A stretch of 64,000 nucleotides of DNA, from NCBI RefSeq assembly GCF_963921235.1, contig NC_086097.1, positions 117,678,001-117,742,000 on the forward strand. The letters are read 5' to 3'. The DNA comes from Mobula hypostoma. Its lineage: Eukaryota. Both the position numbers and the translations under genes were made by a program. Below, piece by piece: positions 49,827 through 61,182 of this stretch; position 1 is the stretch's first letter, and each line of letters begins with the position of its first letter. Below the pieces are notes generated by a model. That model searched no databases. It worked only from the letters and a program-made list of their open reading frames with translations, and was not told the origin of the DNA.

Positions 49827-51388
49827 CACATAATGCTGGTGGAACACAGCAGGCCAGGCAGCATCTATAGGAAGAAGCATAGTCAACGTTCCGAGTCAAG
49901 ACCCTTCGTCAGGACTAACGGAAAAAAGAGATAGTGAGAGATTTGAAAGGAGGGGGAGGGGAGACCCGAAATGGTAAGAGAAGACAGGAGGGGGAGGGTT
50001 GAAGGCAAGAGCTGGAGAGTTGATTGGCAAAAAGGATGAGGCTGGAGAAGGGGGAGTATCATAGGACAGAAGGCCAAGGAAGAAAGAAAGAGGGAGGGGA
50101 GCACCAGAGGAAGATGGAGAACAGGCAAGGAGTTATAGTGAGAGGGAAAGAGAGAGAGAAAAAAAATTAGGGATGTTGTAAGCAGAGGAGGAGGGGCATT
50201 AACGGAAGTTAGAGAAATCAATGTTCATGCCATTAGGTTGGAGGCTACCCAGATGGAATATAGGGTAACCTCCAACCTGAGTGTGGCTTCATCTTGACAG
50301 TAGATGAGGCCATGGATAGACATATCAGAATGGGAATGGGATGTGGAATTAAAATGTGTGGCCACTGGGAGATCCTGCTTCCTCTGGCGGACAGAGCGTA
50401 AGTGATTCAGGTAGTGTGTGTGGCCATCTCCAACGGGATCCCACCACCAAACACATCTTTCACTTCCCCCCCCCCCCCCCACTTTCTGTTTTCTGCAGGG
50501 ATCGCTCACTACACGACTCCCTTGCCCATTCGTTCCCCCAACCCCCCATCCCTTCCTGCCGATCTCCCTCCTGGCACTTTCCCTGTAAGCAGAACAAGTG
50601 CTACACCTGGCCTTACACTTCCTCCCTCATCACCATTCAGGGCCCCAGACAGTCCTTCCAGGTGAGGCGACACTTCACCTGTGAGTCTGCTGGTGTGATA
50701 TACAGTGTCCGGTGCTCCGGGTGTGGCTGTCTATATATTAGTAAGACCCAATGTGGATTGGGAGACTGCTTCGCTGAACACCAACGCTCTGTCCACCAGA
50801 GAAAGTAGGATCTCCCAGTGGCCACACATTTTAATTCCATGTCCCATTCCCATTCTGATATGTCTATCCATGGCCTCATCTACTGTCAAGATGAAGCCAC
50901 ACTCAGGTTGGAGTAACAACACCTTATATTCCATCTGGGTAGCCTCCAACCTGATGGCATGAACATTGATTTCTCTAACTTGCATTAATGCCCCTTCTCC
51001 CCCTCTTACCCCATCCCTAATTTTTTCCTCTCTTTCCCTCTCACAACAACTCCTTGCCTGTTCTCCACCTTCCACCGGTGCTCCCCTCCCCCTTTCTTTC
51101 TTCCGAGGCCTTCGGACCCATGATAGTCTCCCTTCTCCAGCCTTATCCCTTTTCCCACTCTTGGCTTCATCCCTCCCCCTCCTGTCTTCTCCTATCATTT
51201 CAGGCCCCCCCCCCCACTACTTTCAAATCTCTTACTGTCTCTTTTTTCCATTACTCCTGATAAAGGGTCTCGACCCGAATCATCGACTGTGCTTCTTCCT
51301 ATAGATGCTGCCTGGCCTGCTGTGTTCCACCAGCATTTTGTGTGTGTTGCTTGAATTTCTAGCAGCTGCAGATTTTCTCGTGTTTGCA
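49827..51388 (+). mobile_element. Penelope-like element with 5' inverted pseudo-LTR and GIY-YIG endonuclease remnant
   Basis: CKQNKCYTW...FTCESAGVIYSVRCSGCGCLYISKT...LGDCFAEH (ORF 50356-50808); 49827-50404 is the reverse complement of 50779-51342; TSD TATAGTAACTAT at 49815-49826 and 51389-51400. Confidence 0.92.
49881..49916 (-). ncRNA. Minimal type I hammerhead ribozyme motif (decayed) in PLE terminus
   Basis: Minus strand agtc-CTGACGA-agggtcttgactc-GGAA-cg-tt-gact: CUGANGA core, stem I agtc/gact, stem II; GAAA and GUC positions are mutated. Confidence 0.6.
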
Positions 51389-51528
51389 TATAGTAACTAT
51401 AACAGGCTCAATGAAAGATCAACAAGAGAGTAGAGGACAAAAAACCGCAAATGTAAATATAGTAATAAATAACAATAAACAATGAGAACATGAGACAGTG
51501 AGATAAAAAGCTGTTAAAGTGACTATGT

Positions 51529-52812
51529 ACATACATCTCCTGATGCTTCTGGACACATCTTCAGTGATGTTCCTGCAATCATTAGGTGTTTCCGGTCTTT
51601 CAACATCATACACCCTCCTCCAGGTGACCCAGCAGGGACTGCTTAGACTCTAGCTTGTGTCCAGATGGCTAGCTACTTATGACTTCATGGATCCTCCCTT
51701 TTGAACCACAGCCATCTTGAAGCCCTCTCTGCCGCATCGGTGGTACTGCGGATGGCTCTCCTCTTCCTCTCTCCCTCAATGTCCAAAATGCTGAAGGCTC
51801 TAACTAAAGAACAGGCTATGAATCCCCTACAACCAACCTCCACTGGGAGACACCTCGCTCTCCATCCAGCCTGCTGACAGTTGCTGACCAGTCCTATGTA
51901 CTTGGAGAGCTTCCTTTCAAAGGCCTCTTCCAAGCTATCTTCCCATGGGACTGTCAGCTCCAACAGCACCACTTGCTTAGTAGGCTCAGACAGTAGGACA
52001 ATGTCTGGTCACAGGGTGGTGGCTGCGATATGGTTGGGGAACTTCAGCTGCCCTTTGAGGTCCACCAACAGCTGCCAGTCGCTTGCAGAGGTCAGAATGC
52101 CTGCAGATGTTCTTTTGGCAGGTATTGGCTGCTCCCCAGCTCTGACAAAGGCAATGGTCTGCTTGGAGGGTCGGGATTGCTTCGCCCACTCAACTCCTGC
52201 GCTGACGGCTTCAGTGATGGTCTTCAGGACCTGATCATGCCTCCATCAGTACCATCCCTCACCAAGTGCCCTTGCACAGCCGCTGAGGATGTGCTCCAGG
52301 GCTCCTCGCTTGGAGCACAATGGGCACACAGTTGACTCTGCCTTGCCCCATGTGTGCAGATTTGATGGGCTTGGAAGCACATCGTACACTGCCTGGATGA
52401 GAAATTGGATGCGGTGTGGTTCGGCTTTCCGAAGATCAGCCCAGGTCACTTTCCTCTCAACCGCATTCGCCCATCTTGTCCAAGCTCCATGTTGCTTCAT
52501 TCCCACTGCCTCCCAGGTTCTCGTCTCCTCCACTACTGCTCTCACTTCCTCCTGAACTAGACAACACCTTTCCTTCCCTTTGGTGTCTATTTGGGGAGTT
52601 GGAAAGGATCCTAGCCCAGCTCGGCCTCATGTGACCACTTCCACTAGCCTCCTGTGATGCAGCCTTGTCTCTGTTTCCTGAACAGATTCCTCTGCCCTCC
52701 ACTTCCTGCCAGTCCTCACTTGGATCCCTGCAATAGCCATCTTCAGATCACTTGAGTCCCTATACTATACCACTTCTCTGGCTCTTGTTACCTTGAATTC
52801 TTCCTCCAAGGA
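51529..52812 (-). mobile_element. HERO-like RLE non-LTR retrotransposon, 5'-truncated
   Basis: QHGAWTRW...IQFLIQAVYDVLPSPSNLHTWG...CPLCSKRGALEHILSGC (CCHC knuckle), RHDQVL, LLELTVPWE...PVEVGCRGF...AERASRWLW.KR. Confidence 0.9.
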
Positions 52813-53119
52813 TCATTGGTTGTGGGAAACATGGGTAAGTGAGTGTAGTCGTTGCCTTTTATTCAAGAGCCTGATGGTTGAAGGGTAATAACTGTTCTTA
52901 AACCTAGCTTTGCGAGTCCTGAGGCTCTTACACTTTCTACATGATGTCAACAGTGAGAAGAGAGCATGGCCAGGTTGGTGGGGATTTCTGATGATGAGTG
53001 CAGCTCTCCTAAGACAGCAGGAAGTGACACTGGCCCTGCTTCTTCACCAGTGTGGATGGTTCAGTATTCTATCTGTGCTATCTGTGACTAATGGCACAGA
53101 TGGGGTGAGACGAAACTCG

Positions 53120-53400
53120 GGCTCATAGTTTAAGGGTGAAAGGTGAAATATTTAAGGAGAAACTGAGGGGAAACATCTTCATTCATTGGGTGGTGACAAT
53201 GTGGATGAGCTGCCAGTGGAAGTGGTCAATGCAGGTTCGATTTAAGTATTTAAAAGAAGTCTGGATAAGTACATGGATGGGAGGGATATGAAGGGGTATG
53301 TTTCAGGTGCAGGTCAATGGAACTAGACAATAATAGTTCAACATGGAGTGGATGGGCAGAAGGGCCTCCTCCTGTGCTGTAGTACTCTATGACACTATGA
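53120..53400 (+). mobile_element. CR1 3' fragment
   Basis: gggctcatagtttaagggtgaaagg...gtggatgagctgccag.ggaagtggt...aagggcct...tgtgctgta..actctatgac tail. Confidence 0.7.
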
Positions 53401-53779
53401 TGTGTTGCAGTGCATGGCTCTTCTTTACCAACATGTCCAAGATACCAAGCAGATACAGAACTCTACACATTCTTAATGTGAAAATACTGTCTGTGTTATT
53501 AAATAGGAAATGTACCGAAGTTGACAATAGCAATAACATACCATCACATACTAACATTCAGAAATTACCAGGAAATTCAGCATATCTGGAAAGAGAAATA
53601 TAATTTATACTTCAGTCCCAGTGTCCCTTGTCGGAACTGGGAAAGAGCAAAACCAGGTTAATTTTCTGTAGAAGAGAAGGTGAGGCAGGGATGGGTAGAA
53701 CAAATGGACTTTCAGAAAGTTATCCAACAATGAGTATGAGTCTGCATTTCTTTCTCTGTTTGTATAGTGTGGTTGAGTA

Positions 53780-54410
53780 GATTTAATTGTGGACTTCAGG
53801 AAGGGGAAGTTGGGAGAACATGCACTAGTCCTCATTAAAGGTCTGAAGATCTGTGCTGGGCCCAGCACGTTGGAGCATTAATGAAGAAGGCATACCAGCA
53901 GCAGTACTTCATTAGGAGCTTGGGACATTTGGTATGTCAACAAAGGCTTGCAAATTTCCATAGAAATAGTGGAGATTAATCTGACTAGTTACATCATAGC
54001 CTGGTATGTAGGATTCAATGTGCAGGATAGGGAGAGGCTGAAGAAGTTTTTGACTCAGCCAGTTCCATCACAACTCTTCCCACCATTGAGGACATCTTCA
54101 GGGAGCAAAGCAGCATTCATCACTGACAACCCTCTCCATCCAGGACATGCCTTCTTCTCATTGCTACCATTAGAGAAGAAATACAGGAGTCTAAAGACCT
54201 TATTCAGTGATTCAAGAACAGATTCTTCCCATACACCATCAGATTTCTGAATAGTCCATAAAACTATGGACACTACCTTATTACTTTTTATGCACTATTG
54301 ACTTATTTTACAATTTATAACAGATTTATGTCTTTACACTGTATGTTACAACAAAAGTTAATTTCATATCATAAAAGAGTGATAATACTGTGAACTTGAT
54401 TCTAATTCTG
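53780..54410 (+). mobile_element. Rex1/Babar-like LINE 3' fragment
   Basis: IVDFRKGK..., IIAWYVGFNVQDRERLKK, DNPLHPGHAFFSLLPLEKKYRSLKT (ORF 53948-54250). Confidence 0.75.
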
Positions 54411-54799
54411 AGTCTGATAGACGAGGGTGCTGGACACGTCGTACAGCGTTGTTGTCAGAAGTAATGACACTGGCAAAAGTATTCACTGCTTCTTATTGCC
54501 ACTTTAACTCTTTCAGGCTCAGCTTATCAGACTTGCCCCTCTTCTCGACCTATTCTACCCCCATCTTCTCTTTGATTGAAAACTGTCTGCTTTTGCCTCT
54601 TCATCACCTTCAATCCAACTTCTCACAGCTGAAATGTTAGCTGTGATGCTCTTACCACATCTGCTGCCCACCTTATTGAGTACTTCTCAAATTCATAGCA
54701 TTTGAAGTGCTTGTTTTGGTTTGGATGTCTAGCTTTTAGTTTTCTTGTGATCTTTTTCAATATAACAATGAACATATTGAAGTAGCAACATAGTGTTCA

Positions 54800-55220
54800 G
54801 TTTGAGCATTGAGTAAGGTAGGGCTTTATTCTCTGGAGCCAAGGATGATGTGAGGAGACTTGATAGAAGTATACAAAGTGATGTCAGGCTTAGGTAGAGT
54901 GGATAGGCAGACACTTTTTCTCAGTGTAGAAATTAATTAATACAAGGGGGTATAATTTTAATGTCATTGGAGGAAAGCGTAAGGGGGGGATGCCAGGGAA
55001 GTTTTTACACAGAGAGTGGTGACTACATTAATGCCCTGCCAGGGATGATAGAGGGAGATGTATTAGGAGCATTTAAGAAACTTTTAGATAGACATATGAA
55101 TGAAAGAAAAATGGAGAGCTATGTAGGAGGGAAGGATTAGATTGATCTCAGAGTAGGTTAAAAGGTCAGCACAACATCATAGGCTGAAGGGGATGTACTG
55201 TGCTTCAAATGTTCTATGGA
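54800..55220 (+). mobile_element. CR1 3' fragment
   Basis: LSKVGLYSLE.RMM.GDLIEVYKVM-type coding end plus CR1 3' UTR ending gttctatg. Confidence 0.75.
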
Positions 55221-55284
55221 CTCTGTTAGCAGAATTACAATATAAGCAAGTCTAATAACAGCCCTAATTAGTAATATACACAGA

Positions 55285-55450
55285 TTAGCCACTTTATTAA
55301 GTTCCTCCTGTACCTAATAAAGTGGCCACTGAGTGTATGTTCCTGATCTTCTTCTGCTGCAGCCCCTGCACTTCAAGATTCGACATGATCTGAATTCAAG
55401 TTCAAGTTCAGTCATACAGTGCCTATGAAAAGCATTCACCCCCCCTATGG
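55285..55450. mobile_element. Tc1-derived MITE remnant plus a second Tc1 left terminus
   Basis: gccactttatta...taataaagtggccactgagtgta (as at 17915), and TA|CAGTGCCTATGAAAAGCATTCACCCCC at 55415-55445. Confidence 0.55.
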
Positions 55451-55454
55451 ATGA

Positions 55455-55935
55455 TGCATTACATCGACGCCCTTCCTCTATAAGGGGAACTACTATAAAC
55501 AAACCGTCAGAGTGGCCATGGGATCCCCTTGTCACCAGCTATTGCTAATTTCTACGTGGAGGACTTTGAGGAAAGGGCTCTCAGTTCATCGCCCTATGTC
55601 CCAAATGCTTTTTCAGTTACATTGATAACACCTTTGTAGTGTGGACTCATGGACTCCAAGCACTCCAACAGATCCATGACCATCTGAACAGTATACGTAC
55701 AAACATTCAATTTATAATGGAGATGGAAAAGAATGGTTGCCTCCCACTCCTGGACATTCTAATATGACAGAAATTTGACAGTAGCCTCTGAATCGTGTCC
55801 ATTAGAAACCCACTCACATGCCCAGGCATCTTTCCTGATGAAGACGGCAGAATCTGTCATTGAAACATTGGTTATAATCGATACCTGTACCTGGCTGGAA
55901 GACTGAGATGAGTTTATCCATCATATATGCCAAGA
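55455..55935 (+). mobile_element. Second-family Penelope-like element: RT core fragment joined to its 3' terminus
   Basis: VAMGSP..PAIANFYVEDFEERAL...YIDNTFVVWTHG...HLNSIRTNIQFIMEMEKNGCLPLLDILI...RKPTH, then CTGATGA-stem-GAAAC hammerhead-like motif at 55835-55870. Confidence 0.85.
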
Positions 55936-56149
55936 AAGCACTAGATCCTTTTTCAATGGCAGGAAAAATATAATGGCACATTAAGTTGAGAAGATTAAGT
56001 CCCTGAGAAAACTGAACAGGAGAACCTAAAGGTTGCTGAAATTATTTACACTGTTACTATTTACATTATTCACACAGAGCAAATTTCCTTTCAATATCCA
56101 TTTTGAAAAAGTACCATGCACTTAATTCTCTACTCACCATTTCCAACTG

Positions 56150-56335
56150 GTAGCACAATGGTGGAAAAGTAGATCTGGTGCATTACAGCTCCAGTAATCT
56201 GACCTGGCCTCTGATGCTATTGGTATGGTATCTGCACATTCTCCCTGTGTCTGTGAGGATTTCCTATGATGCACCAGTTTCCTCCCACATCCCAAACTCG
56301 TGATTGGTCAATTGACTTCTGGAAGTTGCCCCTTT
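56150..56335 (+). mobile_element. Decayed V-SINE
   Basis: tgcacattctccctgtgtctgtg.gg.tttcct...tgc.ccagtttcctcccacatcccaaa V-domain. Confidence 0.6.
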
Positions 56336-58119
56336 TGCTGGTAGGTGATGAGAAGGTAGGTCACAAGGAAATGAGGAAGGGGAATGGAATGTGCTGTGTG
56401 AGCCAGCATAGGCACTTAATCTGCATTTCGAGACCCAATCTTCTGTTACGTTTCAGTTATTTTAAGCATGCGATTGGCCTCATCATCAGGCCTCTCTGTC
56501 CTCAAAGAAAGGAAGAAATCCCATTATATGTCCTGTAGATCATGGCAGTCTCTGCAGGTCCAATTATCCAGTTGATTCTATAAGGAGATGCCTAGTTATC
56601 TTCTCACTGAGAGTTTCAGTACACCTGGTTGGCATTTGTGCATATTAATTATTGGAAAATACACTCCATCATGAATTAATCAAATTTATTTTCATGCATG
56701 AATTCCTGGTTTGTGTTCCCCTCCTGAGATGTCCTGTGCTGAGATGACTCCACAAATTGCTGAATATGCTGAAACCTTTAATGGGATTTATCTTGAGAAT
56801 TATTAATTTAGAATTTATATCCTTTGGTTCAATGATCATATTTTAAGTTGAAATTCTTGCTTGCAATACTTGTTTATAATGTTGGTTTTCATTCCTTCTT
56901 TAAGCTTTTTGTTGGAACAATAATACTTATACTGCAATGAATCTGGTTAAAGCTACAAATAGGCATTTCACAAAGTGAGACAGATTACTAAAGGAAAGAC
57001 AAATGAAGTTCATGGTATTAGTAATCTTATCTTGGCTCTGTCAGCACATTTTCTTTCTGTTACTATTTAGTGGCATGTTAGTTGTTGGCTTTGATATTGG
57101 GTGCATTTGGTGAGTGTTCCTTGAGGAGAGTAAAGATCTGGATGAATCCAGTGCAACAGAGAAATGAGACACTTCATAACAACTGTCAAACCATCTTCCA
57201 AAAGAATTCAAGAGAACTTATCATCAGCTTCATGGCATCTTCTTAAATGTGACTTATCTGGTGAAGCCCACACCTTGAATACATATATAAATACTTATTT
57301 ATTCATACACATATATACACACACATACCTATAGTTCAGATGCATATATAATTTATATATATTCTGTTAGTCTTTACCTCATTATCTCATTGGCATCCAT
57401 AATTCTATTCTTACATCCAAAACACATACAGGCAAAAGTATGATAGATTTCTTCAGCACTAAAGCTTCCTTTTGATGGATTGAGACAATAATAAGACAGT
57501 TTCAGAAGTCACTGGGTTGAGCTTACTTTGAAAGTAAGTTTCATCTTCAGGTCTCAAATTAGCCCAGCCTTCTGCATACTGAAAATAAAAATGAACTGAA
57601 GGGTTCACATCAAGCCTGAAACTGCCCTAAGTATATACAACATTGACAACAGATCCATTCTCTTTTGATGTGCAGTCAGAAGAAATTCCCTTTAATCCAA
57701 GCATGCAGTGATGTGTTATAACAATGTGAAAAGAGGAGAAGTGAAGTACTTGTGTCCATATTTTAACCCTACGTGGTTTTGACTTCTTTTGTACTTGCTT
57801 ATTCACTGACATTGTTTTTGTTTCTGTATTTCTCAACCTGTTCACAAAAATTGTAACAGCAGGAATTTCAGTCTGCCTTTAGCCAATCTGCTATTTTAGA
57901 GTCCATTCAGTCCCTTGACATTTCAGAAGAAAGTCATTCTGTCCTTTAGGTCTGCATCAGCTATTTCTAGAAAAGTTCACTAAGTCACATGCCCTTCCTT
58001 TTCCTATTTTCTCTCAAATGCCAATTCAATTTCCTTCTAGAAGTTGTAAATGTCTCTATTTTCAACCATCCTTATGAGCAAAGTTTTCAGTTGGAGTATC
58101 TGCAGCTACTATGCACAAA

Positions 58120-58500
58120 TCATAGAAACATAGAAAACCTACTACACAATACAGGCCCTTTGGCCCACAGACCTGTGCCAAACATGTCCTTATCTTAGAA
58201 CTACCTTGGCTTACTCATAGCCCTCTACTTTTCTGAGTTCCATGTACCTGTCCAAGAGTCTCTTAAAAGATCCTATTCTACCCACCTCCACCACCATCAC
58301 CGGCAGCCCATTCCACACGCTCACCACTCTCTGCATAAAAAACTTATTCCTGACCTCTCCTCTGTACCTACTTCCAAGCACCTTAAAACTGTGCCCTCTC
58401 GTGCTAGCCATTTCAGCCCTGGGAAAAAGCCTCTGACTATCCACACGATCAACGTCTTTCATTATCTTGTACACTTCTATCAGGTCACCTCTCATCCTCA
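58120..58500 (-). mobile_element. CR1 3' fragment (same family as 3011-7165)
   Basis: RMRGDLIEVYKIMKDVDRVDSQRLFPRAEMASTRGHSFK (58211-58501), catagaaacatagaaa tail. Confidence 0.9.
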
Positions 58501-58679
58501 AACTGTGGATGAATCAAACACAAACTGTGGAGGGACAGTGTGGAGTGGGGTGTAAGGGTAGGGAGTGTTGGAAGCAGCCCCAGTGACCTTCTGCTTGAGC
58601 AATATCTCAGGGCCAGAGTACAAACGTCCTGCACTTAAGGGCTGGATGTGAAGTGAATCTAGGCCCATTTAGTTTATGC

Positions 58680-58778
58680 AACACACATAAAAATTGCTGG
58701 TGAACACAGCGGGCCAGGCAGCATCTATAGAAAGAGGTACAATCGACGTTTCCCGCCGAGACCCTTCCTCAGGACTGG
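58680..58778 (-). mobile_element. Penelope-like terminal fragment consisting of the hammerhead motif and tail
   Basis: Minus strand agtc-CTGAGGA-agggtctcggcgg-GAAA-cGTC-gatt, then gatgctgcctggccc.ctgtgttcaccagcaattttt. Confidence 0.75.
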
Positions 58779-59059
58779 TTTATGTGTGCTCATGGGCCTC
58801 TAATGTTTTGACTTGAGTCTCTGACTTTGAAAATGTAAGTGTAGGGGGATGATTATTTACTTTAAAAAAATACTTAATTTTAATGTTATCTTGAAAATAA
58901 TTTCCAGCACAGATATTTGAATATAATTCATCTTAACTTTGAATGCTTTATATACTGTATATACTGTCAATAAACAACACATCGAACTTTGAAGTGGACT
59001 GGCTACAGCAATAGAAGACAAAGAACATGCATACAATGGTCATTTTATTATGTGCAGGA

Positions 59060-61010
59060 GATTATCAAACTACATATATGTCTTCATGTACAACCATAAG
59101 ATTTGTTTTCTTGTGGGCATATCCAGTAAATTCAAAAACCATAACAGAATTAATGAAAGATCACACCCAACAGGGCGGACAAGCAGTGTACAAAAGACAA
59201 CAAACTGCAAATACAAAAGATAAACTAATAGCAACATTAATAATAAGCAATAAATACTGAGAAGTTCATGGGAACAGTTCAGTGATGGGCAAGGCAAGTT
59301 GAATGAAGTTATCCCCGCTGGTTCAAAAGGCTGATAGCTGAGGTGAAATAACTTTCCTGAACCTGGTACTGTGAGTGCTGAGACTCCTGCACCTTCTTCC
59401 AGATGGCAGCAACGAGAAGAAAGCATGACTTTGGTGGCGGAGGTCCCTGATGATGGATGCTGCTTTCCTGCAACAGCACTCCATGTAGATGTGCTCAACA
59501 GAGGCGTTACCCATGATGGACTGGGCCACATCCATTACTTTTTGTAGGATTTTCCACTTAAGGCATTGGTGTTTCCATATCAGGCTGTGATGCAAAGTGT
59601 CAATATACTCTACACCACATATCAATAGAAGTTAGTAAAAGTACTTGATGTCATGTCATGCAAATCTTCGCAAACTTCTAAGAAAGTAGAGGCACTGCTG
59701 TGCCTCCTTAGTAATTGCAGTTCCGTGCTGGGCCCAGGACAGGTTCTTTGAAGTGATAACACTGAGGAATGTAAAGTTGCTGACCCTCTACATCTCTGAT
59801 TCTTTGATGATGACCGGCTCATGGATGCCCACCCCCCACCCCCACCCCCCAGCTTCCTCCTCTTGAAGTCAATAATAAAAAAAATACTTAATTTTAATGT
59901 TATCTCCTTGGTTTGCTGCCATTGAGTGAGAGGTTGTTGTCGTGGCACCACTCAGCTGAGTTTTCAATCTCCCTCCCACATGCTGATTTGTCACCACTTT
60001 TGATTTGGCCAACAATGGTGGTATCGTCCACAAACTAGAAGATGACATTGGAGCAGTGCTTAGCCACACAGTCATAAGTGAAAAGCGAGTAGAGCAGGGG
60101 GTTAAGCACACAGCTTTGTGGTGCAACTGTGCTGATGGAGATTGTGAAGGAGAAGTTGCCGATCTGAACTGACCAGTATCTGCAAGTGAGCAAATCGAGG
60201 ATGCAATGGTATAAGAAGGTACTGAGGCAAAAGTCTTGAAACTTATTGATTAGTTTTGAGTGGATGATAGTATTGAATGCAGAGCTGGTTTGGGGAAGAC
60301 GCTAAATGATTTTGTGGGGACACACTCATTGATCTATGACTGTTTTTACAAAGTATGGTATGTCACAACCACGGATTCGGCAGTGAGGTAGATACGGCAA
60401 ATGCGCTTGTGAATCTGCATGTGTCAGCTAATTATTTAATCATGGTAGTATTGAACTCCATACTTGTCAAGACTTGAACAGAGAACAGCAAAGTTTTGCT
60501 GTCTGTTTTGCTTTCGGCCTTCCCTAAGAAATTGGACTCTGAAGACTAGCGATATTCGTTTAATGTTTAGATTTTCTTTTTAGCCACAGTGTAGGCTTCG
60601 TTTTCCATTTGAGAATTTTAGTTAATGACCCTATTTGACCTAGCATTTATTGTTTTATTTTTCCTTTAACACTGTTCGCATTAAAGTTTGTGAACTATCA
60701 ACCTGCTTCAGTATCTCTCACTCCACCCTTGGGCCATATCTGAACCTGGTAATGTTATAACCGTGATGTACTCATTCGGATCTACTGATCCTTGAACAAA
60801 GCTCACTCCAACAATTTGAAGCAATTAGGCAGCTACTCCTCTGCCTTCCATGACCATCTCTTCATTGTCCTTATCTCTGGAACTTTGTTCTTCAGCCTCT
60901 GCCCGTATGCAGGTAGGAAAAGGACAACCAGAGACGCACTTCCTGAAATATGGTCTGGACATGGAACGGTAGACATTCCCTATCGGAGTACAGCAGTATA
61001 TAGTGTTTTG
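59060..61010 (-). mobile_element. Rex1/Babar-like LINE pieces (3' UTR, C-terminus, RT and APE end), interrupted
   Basis: HQSHAFFSLLPSGRRCRSL (59323-59625); GAPQ.CVLNPLLYSLFTYDCVAKH.SN.IF.FVDDTTIVG at 60000-60125; D.LYTA.L...P.PDHIS.SASLVVLFLPAY at ~60900-61010. Confidence 0.75.
60361..60759 (+). mobile_element. Probable solo LTR inserted in the LINE
   Basis: Starts TGTCACAACC, has ATTAAA at ~60680; LINE sequence resumes after ~60760. Right terminus decayed, no clear TSD. Confidence 0.5.
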
Positions 61011-61182
61011 GACCTCTGGTAATTAAGGTTATATGCTGATGGTAATTGGGCAGGGATTTCTTCAAATAAGCCTGGCTGAAGTCCCCAACAATGATCTGAA
61101 ATGCGTTAGGGTGGACAACAGTGTGCAGTATCTAAATTGCCTGATTATAGTCAGTCAATGATGGTATGTAAACTGTGGTGTG

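Larger units (their letters stand above)
49722..53020 (-). mobile_element. Rex1/Babar-like LINE 3' UTR hosting two later insertions (Penelope-like and HERO-like)
   Basis: Pieces 49722-49826, 51389-51528 and 52811-53020 join into the same sequence seen uninterrupted at 38535-38950. Confidence 0.8.
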
